Below, piece after piece: positions 37,944 through 47,526 of a DNA stretch of 57,869 bases. Numbering within the stretch: position 1 is the first letter of the stretch; every line of letters starts with the position of its first letter. This DNA is from an uncultured Rhodospirillaceae bacterium. GTDB taxonomy: Bacteria > Pseudomonadota > Alphaproteobacteria > MPNO01 > UBA2964. The position numbers were made by a program, and so were the translations under genes. Below the pieces are notes generated by a model, which was not told where the DNA came from, made no database searches, and saw nothing but the letters and a program-made list of their open reading frames with translations. The stretch spans positions 1-57,869 of the forward strand of contig CAZCKO010000006.1 of the NCBI GenBank assembly GCA_964499275.1, read 5' to 3'.

Positions 37944-38123
37944 ATGAACGAAGAATTTGTTCCAGGTGTTTTAGTCCGACATCCCCAAGAACATGATTGG
38001 GGTATAGGTCAAGTTCAATCATCCATTGGAAATCGCATTACAGTTAATTTCGAAAATAGAGGTAAACAAATTATTAATAGTAATATTATTACTCTTATTT
38101 TGGTGTGTGACGACTTCACCTAA
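37944..38123 (+). CDS. DUF3553 family small protein (59 aa)
   Basis: Below the track cutoff; manual translation MNEEFVPGVLVRHPQEHDWGIGQVQSSIGNRITVNFENRGKQIIN..., with the typical HP..DWG.GQVQS...TVNF..G motif. Confidence 0.82.
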   Translation: MNEEFVPGVLVRHPQEHDWGIGQVQSSIGNRITVNFENRGKQIINSNIITLILVCDDFT

Positions 38124-38218
38124 TTTCATCTTAAATGGAGGTACCGGTGGCTACGCGACATCCGAATATAATTTTATATTACAGACCTGATGGAATAGGT
38201 TTAATTTGACGATAAGAT

Positions 38219-39913
38219 ATGACCGATAAAGAATCTATAAAACGACACTCACATCCGGGACGTGGCGGGCAAGGGGCCTCATTTCCTAAGGGTCGTCAGG
38301 TCGACCCTGATGCACATGATCAAATTCGTGAATTGCTAGGCAATAAACCCCGTACACGTGAACTTCTGATTGAACATCTTCATTTGATTCAGGATGAATA
38401 TGGATACCTGTCTTCAAGTCACCTTGTTGCGTTGGCTGAAGAAATGAAAATGGCACTTACTGAAGTCTATGAGGTTGCCACATTCTATGCCCACTTTGAC
38501 GTTATAAAGGATGACGAAACAGCGCCTCCAGCTACGACAATTAGAGTTTGCGATAGCGTAACTTGTGAGCTGTTTGGTTCTGAAAAATTGATTGAGGAAC
38601 TTGCAAAAAATGTGAATGAAAATGTTAGGGTATTACGTGCACCCTGCATGGGCGCTTGTGATAAAGCTCCAGCTGTAGCCATTGAGCATTATCAAATTGC
38701 ACCGGCCACGGCACCAAATGTATTGGAAGCTGCGAAGAAACCAGGACCAAAAGCTCTCCCGAATTATGTTGATTTCCATAACTATGGAACTGAAAACGGT
38801 TACGTCTTGCTAAGGGAGTGTCTCGCCGGCCAACACACACCTGAGGATTTGATCACTATTTTGGATGAATCAGGATTGCGTGGCCTGGGAGGAGCTGGGT
38901 TTCCATCAGGACGCAAATGGACATTAGTACGCGACGAAGCTGGACCAAGATTAATGGCTGTCAATGCAGACGAAGGAGAACCAGGAACATTCAAAGATCG
39001 TTGGTTTCTTGAACGTGATCCTCACCGATTTTTAGAAGGTATGCTGGTAGCAGGCTGGGCAGTAGAGGCTGAAGCTATTTACATCTACCTTCGAGATGAA
39101 TATCCGGAAATTCGAAATATTCTTTTAAAAGAAATACCAAAGCTTGAGATGGCTGGTCTCATCAAACCACAACAAATCTATCTCAGGCGCGGAGCCGGGG
39201 CCTATATTTGTGGCGAAGAGTCAGCAATGCTGGAATCTATAGAGGGCAAACGCGGGTTACCTCGCCACAAGCCTCCCTTCCCTGCCCAAGTTGGCTTGTT
39301 TGGAAGACCGACACTCATACACAACGTTGAAACCCTTTACTGGATAAGAGACATTGTTCAAAAGGGAGCTAGTTGGTTCACTCAAAAGGGACGTAACGGC
39401 TCGAAAGGTCTGCGCACATTCTCAGTTTCTGGCCGTGTCAAGAATCCCGGGGTAAAAATTACTGATGCAGGGATTACTGTACGCGAACTTATCCACGAAT
39501 TTTGCGGCGGGATGCAGGAAGGCCACACTTTTAAGGGGTATCTGCCGGGTGGTGCTTCCGGAGGCATCCTACCTGCAAACATGGATCGTGAGCGGCTAGA
39601 TTTTGGTACGCTTGAGCAATATGGATGCCTTATTGGTTCTGCTGCTGTAATAATTTTGTCTGAGGAAGATTCAACAAGTGATGTTGCAATCAATCTTCTT
39701 AAATTTTTTGAGGATGAGAGCTGTGGGCAATGCACCCCCTGTCGTAACGGTTGTGAAAAAGCGGTTAAACTTCTGGAGGAACCAAATTGGAATAGACCAC
39801 TTTTAGAAGAGCTCTCTAAAGCAATGATCGACGCTTCAATTTGTGGTCTAGGCCAGGCCGCAACAAACGGCCTCAATTCTGTCTTCAAGTATTTTCCTGA
39901 AGATATTAAATGA
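38219..39913 (+). CDS. NAD-dependent formate dehydrogenase beta subunit (NuoE-NuoF-like fusion)
   Basis: EVATFY, C....C...C.G.C 2Fe-2S ligands, GLRGLGGAGFP, NADEGEPGTFKD, YICGEE, ESCGQCTPCR. Confidence 0.9.
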   Translation: MTDKESIKRHSHPGRGGQGASFPKGRQVDPDAHDQIRELLGNKPRTRELLIEHLHLIQDEYGYLSSSHLVALAEEMKMALTEVYEVATFYAHFDVIKDDETAPPATTIRVCDSVTCELFGSEKLIEELAKNVNENVRVLRAPCMGACDKAPAVAIEHYQIAPATAPNVLEAAKKPGPKALPNYVDFHNYGTENGYVLLRECLAGQHTPEDLITILDESGLRGLGGAGFPSGRKWTLVRDEAGPRLMAVNADEGEPGTFKDRWFLERDPHRFLEGMLVAGWAVEAEAIYIYLRDEYPEIRNILLKEIPKLEMAGLIKPQQIYLRRGAGAYICGEESAMLESIEGKRGLPRHKPPFPAQVGLFGRPTLIHNVETLYWIRDIVQKGASWFTQKGRNGSKGLRTFSVSGRVKNPGVKITDAGITVRELIHEFCGGMQEGHTFKGYLPGGASGGILPANMDRERLDFGTLEQYGCLIGSAAVIILSEEDSTSDVAINLLKFFEDESCGQCTPCRNGCEKAVKLLEEPNWNRPLLEELSKAMIDASICGLGQAATNGLNSVFKYFPEDIK

Positions 39914-39934
39914 TATTGAAATTCGGCCCCGTGA

Positions 39935-40801
39935 ATGAATAATCTAATTAACGGACCTGACTGGAAGCCGAAAAACCCAAAAATACCGCCTCCACCACTT
40001 ACTTGTGATACCCATGCCCATCTCTACGGGCCCTTCTCGCTGTTTCCTATAAACCCAGATAAAGGCGACGGCCCGGAAACCAGTTACGAACAATACAAAA
40101 ATATGCTTGATGTGCTTGGTATAGAACGTTCCATCTTGGTACAAGCCCGTGACTATGGCGGTATCGATCCTGTAACAGTCGATGCAATCGAACGATCTGA
40201 CGGCACCATCCGTGGCATTGCCGCAATGCCACTCGAAGTCCTTGAAAAGAATCTTGAGTTTCTTATTTCCAAAAATTTTTGTGGAATTAGACTTTCCAGC
40301 TTTTCGCCCGGGGCGATCCGCTTAGATGAACTAGAGAGAGTGGCACCGCTGATGAAAGAGCTGGGTTGGACAACCCTCATCCATTTAACAAAAATTGAAG
40401 AAATCCTTGAACTAGCACCAAGGGTACGGAATTTATCAAATAACATATTATTTGATCATTTAGCCCGGGTTCGAGGTGCCGACTCCATTAACAGCCCTAG
40501 TTTTCGAACTTTAATAGAATTACTCAGAGATACCGACCATTGTTGGGCTAAAATTTGCAGTTGGTATCGATTATCCGTATTGGGCGCTCCCTATGAAGAT
40601 ATGACACCCTTCGCCCAAAGGCTTATAAATACTCGGCCCGACCGCCTTGTTTGGGGCACGAACTGGCCTCACCCGAATTCAATGGTCCCAATTCCGAATG
40701 ATGGGACTTTATTGGATCAGTTTATGGGCTGGGCTAATGACGAAAAAACGCAGGAACAAGTTTTAGTCGACAATCCCGCACACCTTTTTGGATTTGAATA
40801 A
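39935..40801 (+). CDS. LigI-like amidohydrolase (second copy)
   Basis: CDTHAH, FDHLAR, WGTNWPHP, PNDG, DNPAHLFGF. Confidence 0.82.
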   Translation: MNNLINGPDWKPKNPKIPPPPLTCDTHAHLYGPFSLFPINPDKGDGPETSYEQYKNMLDVLGIERSILVQARDYGGIDPVTVDAIERSDGTIRGIAAMPLEVLEKNLEFLISKNFCGIRLSSFSPGAIRLDELERVAPLMKELGWTTLIHLTKIEEILELAPRVRNLSNNILFDHLARVRGADSINSPSFRTLIELLRDTDHCWAKICSWYRLSVLGAPYEDMTPFAQRLINTRPDRLVWGTNWPHPNSMVPIPNDGTLLDQFMGWANDEKTQEQVLVDNPAHLFGFE

Positions 40802-40991
40802 CAGTATCCCCTCAAAAATTAATTATCATGGAACATATGAATATTTGTGAACGAAGTACGGTGTCAACGAGGTCCAGACACAAACAACTTGGGCACACAG
40901 GATTTAGATGATTTTTATTGAGGAACAACACTTCAATTGACCCTTTGATGAACGGAAACTATTTTGCGTTTAAGATTTGTTTCAGGCGGAG

Positions 40992-43760
40992 ATGATGGCA
41001 GACCAAATTGAATTTATACTCAACGATAAAACGGTATTAGCGGAAGCCGATGAGACGATATGGCAAGTAGCCGCGCGAACTGATATTGAAATTCCACATT
41101 TATGCTATTCACCGGAACCGGGGTATCAAGCAGACGGCAATTGTCGCGCTTGCATGGTCGAAATTGAAGGTGAGCGCGTACTGGCCGCTTCTTGTATCCG
41201 TAAACCAGCTCCGGGTATGAATGTAAACACCCTCAGCCAGCGTGCTAAAAATGCACGCAGAATGGTTTTTGAGCTTTTGGTGTCCGATCAACCAGACCGG
41301 TTTACCCATCATGACGATAACTCCCGGTTCTGGCATTGGGCAGATCAGGTAGGGATCGGGTCTAGTCGATTCCCGGCTAAGAAAATGCCGAAAGCCGACC
41401 CAAGCCATCCTGCGATGGCTGTCAATTTGGATGCCTGTATAAATTGTACTTTATGTGTACGAGCTTGCCGAGAAGTTCAAGTTAATGACGTAATTGGGAT
41501 GGCCCAACGGGGTTCACAATCACAGATTATCTTTGACCTAGATGACCCGATGGGCGAAAGCACCTGTGTTGCTTGTGGTGAATGCGTGCAAGCTTGTCCC
41601 ACGGGGGCACTTCTGCCTAAGACTGTCGCTGGCACCTCAACACCAGGGCGTATTCGGGCGGACCATACAATCGATTCTGTCTGCCCATATTGTGGCGTCG
41701 GTTGCCAACTTACATACCACTTAAAAAACGATAAACTACTATATGTTACTGGCCGTGAAGGGCCGGCAAATGAAAATCGATTATGCGTCAAAGGTCGATT
41801 TGGTTTTGATTATGTAGACCATCCACACCGGTTAACTGTGCCGCTTATTCGAAGAGATGACGCCCCAAAGAATGCAGTGGAAGACATAGATCCCTCTAAT
41901 CTTTTAACTCATTTCCGTGAAGCCAGTTGGGAAGAAGCACTTGATAGGGCTGCAGGCGGTCTTCGACAGATCCGCGACAAATTTGGTGGGGCAGCTCTCG
42001 CAGGGTTTGGCTCAGCCAAAGGCTCCAATGAGGAGGCCTATTTATTTCAAAAACTAGTCCGGACCGGTTTTGGAACAAATAACGTTGACCATTGCACTCG
42101 ACTTTGTCACGCCTCCTCGGTTGCTGCATTGATGGAATGTATTGGATCAGGGGCGGTGACTGCCCCCTTTACTGCAGTGCGAGACGCCGAGGTCATCCTC
42201 GTGATTGGTGCCAATCCGACAGAGAACCATCCCGTTGCCGCAACGTTTTTTAAACAAGCTGTCAAAGACGGAAAAACCCTCATTGTTATGGACCCGCGCG
42301 GTCAAACATTGAAGCGTCACGCAACCCATATGTTGCAATTCAAACCAGGAACAGATGTTTCCATGCTGAATGCAATTATGCATGTGATAGTAGAGGAAAA
42401 ACTTTACGACGAAGACTATATCCAAGCCTATACTGATGGCTTCGAAGAATTAAAAAAACACCTCCAAGGTTTCAACCCTGAGAAAATGTCTGAGGTTTGT
42501 GGAATTGATGCGGAAATACTGCGCAGCGTTGCTCGTGTTTATGCTAATTCCGATGCTTCCATCATTTTTTGGGGCATGGGAGTGTCGCAACACATCCATG
42601 GTACAGATAACGCGCGCTGTCTGATCGATCTCTCTCTCATGACAGGCCAGGTGGGGCGCCCAGGAACGGGTTTGCATCCGCTTCGTGGCCAAAATAATGT
42701 CCAAGGAGCATCGGATGCAGGACTTGTCCCAATGTTCTTTCCCGATTACCAAATTGTTACAGAAGAAAAAGTTCGGAAAAAGTTCGAAACCTACTGGCAA
42801 TCAAAGCTTGACCCAAATAGAGGACTAACTGTCGTCGAAATTATGGATCAAGTTTTCAATGGCAATATCCGCGGAATGTATGTGATGGGCGAGAACCCCG
42901 CGATGTCTGATCCGGACGCGCAGCACGCTCGTGAAGCACTCACCAAATTAGAAACACTCGTTGTTCAAGATTTATTCTTAACCGAAACCGCCTTTCATGC
43001 AGACGTAGTGCTGCCAGCATCAGCATGGCCAGAGAAAGACGGAACTGTTACGAACACCAACCGACAAATCCAAATGGGTAGAACTGCTTTACCTCTGAAA
43101 GGTGACTCCCGACAGGACTGGTGGATTATTCAGGAAATGGCCCGCGGCCTTGGTCTCGAATGGAATTACAAACATCCACGTGAGGTATTTAAGGAAATGG
43201 CGGAAGTCATGCCCTCAATGAACAATATAACTTGGGAAAGGTTAGAGCTTGAAAGCGCTGTCACGTACCCATGTGATTCGCCAGACATGCCTGGTAACGA
43301 GATAGTGTTTGGAGATGGGTTTCCGACAGATACTGGCCATGGAAAAATGGTCCCCGCTGATATTATACCGCCAGCGGAACTTCCAGATGAAGACTATCCC
43401 ATGGTTCTGACAACTGGTCGACAGCTCGAACATTGGCATACCGGAGCCCTGACCCGGAGGGCGACCGTTCTAGATGAGATCGAACCTGAAGCAGTAGCCT
43501 GTCTAAATGCCCGTGACCTCAGGGACCATGGGTTTTCGCCAGGTGAAATGATCCGCGTTGCGACCCGCAGGGGCGCCGTAGAACTTAAGGCTCGTGTCGA
43601 TCGGGCAGTTCCACAGGGTGTTGTCTTCATCCCATTTTGTTACGCTGAAGCTCCAGCCAATTTTTTAACTAACCCACAACTTGACCCATTCGGAAAAATC
43701 CCCGAATTTAAATTCTGTGCAGCACGAATAGAAAGTTCCCCGTCAGTATCTTCGGAATAA
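40992..43760 (+). CDS. formate dehydrogenase alpha subunit (Mo/W-bis-PGD)
   Basis: 2Fe-2S and 4Fe-4S motifs, CPYCGVGC...C, active site DHCTRLCH, LRGQNNVQG, GKIPEFK. Confidence 0.94.
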   Translation: MMADQIEFILNDKTVLAEADETIWQVAARTDIEIPHLCYSPEPGYQADGNCRACMVEIEGERVLAASCIRKPAPGMNVNTLSQRAKNARRMVFELLVSDQPDRFTHHDDNSRFWHWADQVGIGSSRFPAKKMPKADPSHPAMAVNLDACINCTLCVRACREVQVNDVIGMAQRGSQSQIIFDLDDPMGESTCVACGECVQACPTGALLPKTVAGTSTPGRIRADHTIDSVCPYCGVGCQLTYHLKNDKLLYVTGREGPANENRLCVKGRFGFDYVDHPHRLTVPLIRRDDAPKNAVEDIDPSNLLTHFREASWEEALDRAAGGLRQIRDKFGGAALAGFGSAKGSNEEAYLFQKLVRTGFGTNNVDHCTRLCHASSVAALMECIGSGAVTAPFTAVRDAEVILVIGANPTENHPVAATFFKQAVKDGKTLIVMDPRGQTLKRHATHMLQFKPGTDVSMLNAIMHVIVEEKLYDEDYIQAYTDGFEELKKHLQGFNPEKMSEVCGIDAEILRSVARVYANSDASIIFWGMGVSQHIHGTDNARCLIDLSLMTGQVGRPGTGLHPLRGQNNVQGASDAGLVPMFFPDYQIVTEEKVRKKFETYWQSKLDPNRGLTVVEIMDQVFNGNIRGMYVMGENPAMSDPDAQHAREALTKLETLVVQDLFLTETAFHADVVLPASAWPEKDGTVTNTNRQIQMGRTALPLKGDSRQDWWIIQEMARGLGLEWNYKHPREVFKEMAEVMPSMNNITWERLELESAVTYPCDSPDMPGNEIVFGDGFPTDTGHGKMVPADIIPPAELPDEDYPMVLTTGRQLEHWHTGALTRRATVLDEIEPEAVACLNARDLRDHGFSPGEMIRVATRRGAVELKARVDRAVPQGVVFIPFCYAEAPANFLTNPQLDPFGKIPEFKFCAARIESSPSVSSE

Positions 43761-43768
43761 TGTTTGGT

Positions 43769-44140
43769 TCAGGATGATTTTGCAGTTTTAAGCAAATCTG
43801 CAAAGTCTGAAATTTCTTTTTCTACAGCCTGTCCGGCTTTCGTCTCCATTGAACGGTATCTATTTAAGGCGTCGAACCCTGCTTTAGTTACAAGGGCACC
43901 ACCTCCACCTCGGCCACCTGAACTAGTAGCAATCAATGGCACCTTGAAATCGTTATTCATCGCCTCAATCAATTTCCAAGCTCGGCGGTAAGACATACCC
44001 ATGTAACGGGCAGCCCCCGTAATAGAACCAGACTTATCAACCGCCTCCAAAAGTGCTACTTTTCCTGGACCAAGCGCCACAGCGGCCCCAAGTAGGATTC
44101 TGAGTTTAGGTCTAGATTTATCTTCTCTTGCTTCAGTCAT
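43769..44140 (-). CDS. ModE-like regulator, DNA-binding domain only
   Basis: GPGK..LL......GSITGAAR.MGMSYRRAW, GGRGGGGA; no TOBE domains. Confidence 0.88.
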   Translation of the reverse strand: MTEAREDKSRPKLRILLGAAVALGPGKVALLEAVDKSGSITGAARYMGMSYRRAWKLIEAMNNDFKVPLIATSSGGRGGGGALVTKAGFDALNRYRSMETKAGQAVEKEISDFADLLKTAKSS

Positions 44141-44165
44141 AAACATAATCAAACAACCTGTTAAA

Positions 44166-44795
44166 CTAGCTCGTCAAGTTAGAACCGATTAGTTTTGTTG
44201 CTTTCACTAGATCTTCTTGTGTATTTACATTGAAGAAGGGGTCTACTGGATCCAGTTGCCATTCCGTTCGGATTAACTTGTAACGCTGTGTCCACAAATC
44301 AACCTTCCTGACCCTTTCTTTAACCAGAGCCTCACGAAGATCAGCTGCTAGTTTAACTGGCCATAGACCGAATACAGGTTGGTCACGCCCGCCAGATACC
44401 GCACAACAAACTTCTCCATTTTGTTTTTCAGTTTCTGACTTCATTCTTAATACCATATCCGATGGGATAAAGGGCGCGTCGCAGGCGAAACTGGCCAGCC
44501 ACCGGCAATCTGGATGATTAATTCGCAGCCACTCCAAACCAGTTAGAATACCAGCCAAGGGACCAGAAAAACCGCTCACAACATCATCAACTACTGAAAG
44601 ACCATATTCTTTGAAACGGGCGGGATCCCTATTCGCGTTTAGAATAAGCTCATCAACCTGTGGCCGAGCACATTCGATTACTCGGGTAAGTAAGGTTTTT
44701 CCTGCAAGAACCTGGAGACATTTATCACCACCTCCCATGCGGCGCGATTGACCGCCCGCTAATAACAAACCGCAAACGCCAAATTTATCTTCCAT
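44166..44795 (-). CDS. mobA: molybdenum cofactor guanylyltransferase
   Basis: LAGGQSRRMGGGDK, GPLAGI, CDAPF, FFNVNT. Confidence 0.94.
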   Translation of the reverse strand: MEDKFGVCGLLLAGGQSRRMGGGDKCLQVLAGKTLLTRVIECARPQVDELILNANRDPARFKEYGLSVVDDVVSGFSGPLAGILTGLEWLRINHPDCRWLASFACDAPFIPSDMVLRMKSETEKQNGEVCCAVSGGRDQPVFGLWPVKLAADLREALVKERVRKVDLWTQRYKLIRTEWQLDPVDPFFNVNTQEDLVKATKLIGSNLTS

Positions 44796-44797
44796 AA

Positions 44798-45379
44798 CTA
44801 ACCAAATTCCTGCCGAGCAAGCACATGAATAGATTCATGACCAATGACGCTTCCTATTAACTTATAACCTTCCGAATCCACTCTGGAAAAGTTATTCGAT
44901 ATTGTAATATCATGGTCAAACTCACCAGGAGTTATATCCTGTATATTTTCTAAATCACCGCAAATAATTTTTTCAGCACGTGTTTTAAGCATGGCCTCTA
45001 TCAACCTTAAATACTCAGCATCAAAACCATCTCGTGCCAATGCAAAATAAAACTTGGTCCTTTCCGCGTCCGCTATGGCTAGCACACCTAAACTGGACAA
45101 TTTATTTATAAAATTAAAACGATCTCCAAAATCTTCGCTGACAACCAAAAAACCCATATTATCTCGCAGCAATTGTTGAAGCGATAAAATATTCCTTATG
45201 TGTTGTTCAAAACGAGATAATAAATTTTGAGATTGGCCAACGTAGGCAATACATCGGCCGTTTTGGTAAATTTTAAGCCTAAGATAGATACCGCTTCGGT
45301 TTAAGTCTTCTACTGTAGTGGGATCAGTCGGAAAATTCCCAGGCCCAATAGGGCCACTCCAATGGAGTTCTAAATCCAT
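44798..45379 (-). CDS. GIY-YIG nuclease-like hypothetical protein
   Basis: SGIY...YVGQSQNLLSRFEQH and a later conserved-type Glu (LIEAML). Confidence 0.6.
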   Translation of the reverse strand: MDLELHWSGPIGPGNFPTDPTTVEDLNRSGIYLRLKIYQNGRCIAYVGQSQNLLSRFEQHIRNILSLQQLLRDNMGFLVVSEDFGDRFNFINKLSSLGVLAIADAERTKFYFALARDGFDAEYLRLIEAMLKTRAEKIICGDLENIQDITPGEFDHDITISNNFSRVDSEGYKLIGSVIGHESIHVLARQEFG

Positions 45380-45400
45380 TTTCGGAATACCTATTTTGAA

Positions 45401-46273
45401 TTATCTAGAGGGACCAGAATTATGAACATTAGTTGATATTCCTCCATATTGACCGTTTGTATTGTTATCAAAAATAATTCGATCTTCTCCTGCGAGTGCT
45501 ATGAAACGTTTGCCGCGCGCTCGGCCAACCAGGGTGAGATTTGCTTGGCGTGCCAAGTCCACACCCCAGGCCGTAAAGCCGGACCGTGAAATCAAAATTG
45601 GGATCTCCATCTGAACAGTCTTAATCACCATCTCACTGGTAAGGCGGCCCGTTGTATAAAACATCTTTCCGTCGGGCTCGATATCGTTAAGAAACATGTA
45701 ACCAGCAATTTTATCGACAGCATTGTGACGTCCAACGTCTTCCATATAAATCAGAGCCTTGTCCTCTTCACATAATACACAACCATGAATAGCACCGGCT
45801 TCCAAATACAAACTAGGAGTTGAATTGATTGTCTTCGACAACTGATAAAGCCAAGACACATATAATTTAGCAGAGGTATCTAATTCTATATCCTCAAATT
45901 TTTCCATGACATCGCCAAAAACCGTACCTATTGCACAACCAGACGTGCGTGTTTTTTTCTTTAGCTTTCGTTCATAATCGGTTTGTCTCTTGGTCCGAAC
46001 AACAACGGTATCAATCTCTCCATCAAAGTCGACGGCGATAATCGTGTCATCTTGCTGCAACATATTTTGATTTAATAAAAACCCTATCGCCAGACACTCG
46101 GGGTAGTCTCCAATTGTCATGATAGTAACTATTTCTTGATCGTTTAAAAACACCGTCAACGGGCGTTCAACCGTCACTGTCGTTCTAATTTGACTCCCAG
46201 CCTGATCGACGCCGCTAACACTTTCAGTTAGTCTCGTATCCTCGGGATTTGGAGCAAGAAGGTAATTGGTCAT
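45401..46273 (-). CDS. fdhD: formate dehydrogenase accessory sulfurtransferase
   Basis: ERPLT, SGC, GAIHG, EDVGRHNAVDK, GRLTSEMV.K. Confidence 0.93.
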   Translation of the reverse strand: MTNYLLAPNPEDTRLTESVSGVDQAGSQIRTTVTVERPLTVFLNDQEIVTIMTIGDYPECLAIGFLLNQNMLQQDDTIIAVDFDGEIDTVVVRTKRQTDYERKLKKKTRTSGCAIGTVFGDVMEKFEDIELDTSAKLYVSWLYQLSKTINSTPSLYLEAGAIHGCVLCEEDKALIYMEDVGRHNAVDKIAGYMFLNDIEPDGKMFYTTGRLTSEMVIKTVQMEIPILISRSGFTAWGVDLARQANLTLVGRARGKRFIALAGEDRIIFDNNTNGQYGGISTNVHNSGPSR

Positions 46274-46332
46274 TGGCTATTTATGAACTGTCATCACTCC
46301 GTGAGCAATAGCATTCGCTGTCCCCTTTATTT

Positions 46333-46380
46333 TTAAGATAAAGGCGCTATATTCTTTTGTATATAACGCTTTTATCTTAA
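46333..46380. promoter_or_regulatory. ModE box within an extended inverted repeat between divergent fdhD and moaA
   Basis: CGCTATAT-TCTTTTG-TATATAACG (TATAT-N7-TATAT) at 46345-46368; 20-bp arms match at 18 of 20 positions. Confidence 0.8.
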
Positions 46381-46399
46381 TTGGTCCAAAGGCAAGTTA

Positions 46400-47404
46400 A
46401 TGGATAACCCTCTCATCGACCCCCATGGTCGTACCGTAAATTACTTGCGTGTATCTGTAACTGACAGGTGCGACTTTCGTTGTGTCTATTGTATGTCAGA
46501 GGATATGACCTTCCTTCCAAAACAGGATGTTCTAACATTGGAAGAGATTGAAAGGATATGCTCTGCTTTTGTCTCACGAGGGGTCACAAAATTACGTTTG
46601 ACAGGTGGGGAGCCACTCGTTCGGCGCAACGTCATGTCATTGTTTCGAAAGTTGTCACGGCACTTAGAAAGTGGTGACCTTAAAGAGCTTACGGTCACGA
46701 CCAACGGCAGCCAGCTCAATCGTTTCGCAGGGGAACTTTCAGATATTGGCGTAAAACGCATCAATGTATCTCTGGATACGCTTGATGACGAAAAATTTTC
46801 TTCAATTACTCGTTGGGGTCGACTGGAAAACGTCAAGGCTGGTTTAGAAGCGGCAAAACGGGCAGACATTGCCATAAAAATTAATACCGTTGCCCTCCGG
46901 GGTGTCAATGACAACGAGTTGGACGAGTTAGTTCGGTGGTGTGGAGATGAGGGTTTCGATCTCACCTTCATTGAGGTGATGCCAATGGGTGAAATAGGGG
47001 ATAGCGCCCGACTTGATCAATACATGCCTCTTTCAATGGTACGAGCTAAACTTAATGAGACTTGGACCCTCAAAGATATTGATTATCAAACTGGTGGCCC
47101 TGCCCGCTATGTAAAGGTAAAGGAGACCGGCGGCCGGATTGGCTTTATCACCCCTCTTACACATAACTTTTGCGAAAGCTGCAATCGTGTACGCCTAACT
47201 TGTACTGGTATGCTTTACATGTGCCTCGGTCAGGAGGATGTCGCAGACCTAAGAAGCCCGGTTAGGATAAATGACAATGGCAATGGCCTAATGAAGGCTA
47301 TTGATGAGGCGATTGGTCGAAAACCAAAGGGGCATGACTTCATAATAGACCGCAGAAGACGGGAACCCTCCGTACCTCGTCACATGAGCATGACCGGTGG
47401 ATAG
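46400..47404 (+). CDS. moaA: GTP 3',8-cyclase
   Basis: [33 protein letters not shown]...CL and C-terminal GG. Confidence 0.97.
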   Translation: MDNPLIDPHGRTVNYLRVSVTDRCDFRCVYCMSEDMTFLPKQDVLTLEEIERICSAFVSRGVTKLRLTGGEPLVRRNVMSLFRKLSRHLESGDLKELTVTTNGSQLNRFAGELSDIGVKRINVSLDTLDDEKFSSITRWGRLENVKAGLEAAKRADIAIKINTVALRGVNDNELDELVRWCGDEGFDLTFIEVMPMGEIGDSARLDQYMPLSMVRAKLNETWTLKDIDYQTGGPARYVKVKETGGRIGFITPLTHNFCESCNRVRLTCTGMLYMCLGQEDVADLRSPVRINDNGNGLMKAIDEAIGRKPKGHDFIIDRRRREPSVPRHMSMTGG

Positions 47405-47413
47405 AAATAGTTA

Positions 47414-47430
47414 TTGAGAACCTTTCTTAA
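47414..47430. promoter_or_regulatory. possible Irr box (ICE) upstream of hemA
   Basis: TTGAGAA-CCT-TTCTTAA versus consensus TTTAGAA-N3-TTCTAAA. Confidence 0.4.
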
Positions 47431-47526
47431 AATACCTGCGGCAAGATGGCCTCTTAACATTTGGAAGAATTAGAGGTTTTATATACGCTATTATGGCGGT
47501 CAGAGACTCATAACTGGAAGACCGGG

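Noticed and set aside
40992-43760. Selenocysteine-containing FDH
   Set aside because: The active-site residue is an ordinary Cys (TRLCH) and there is no in-frame TGA
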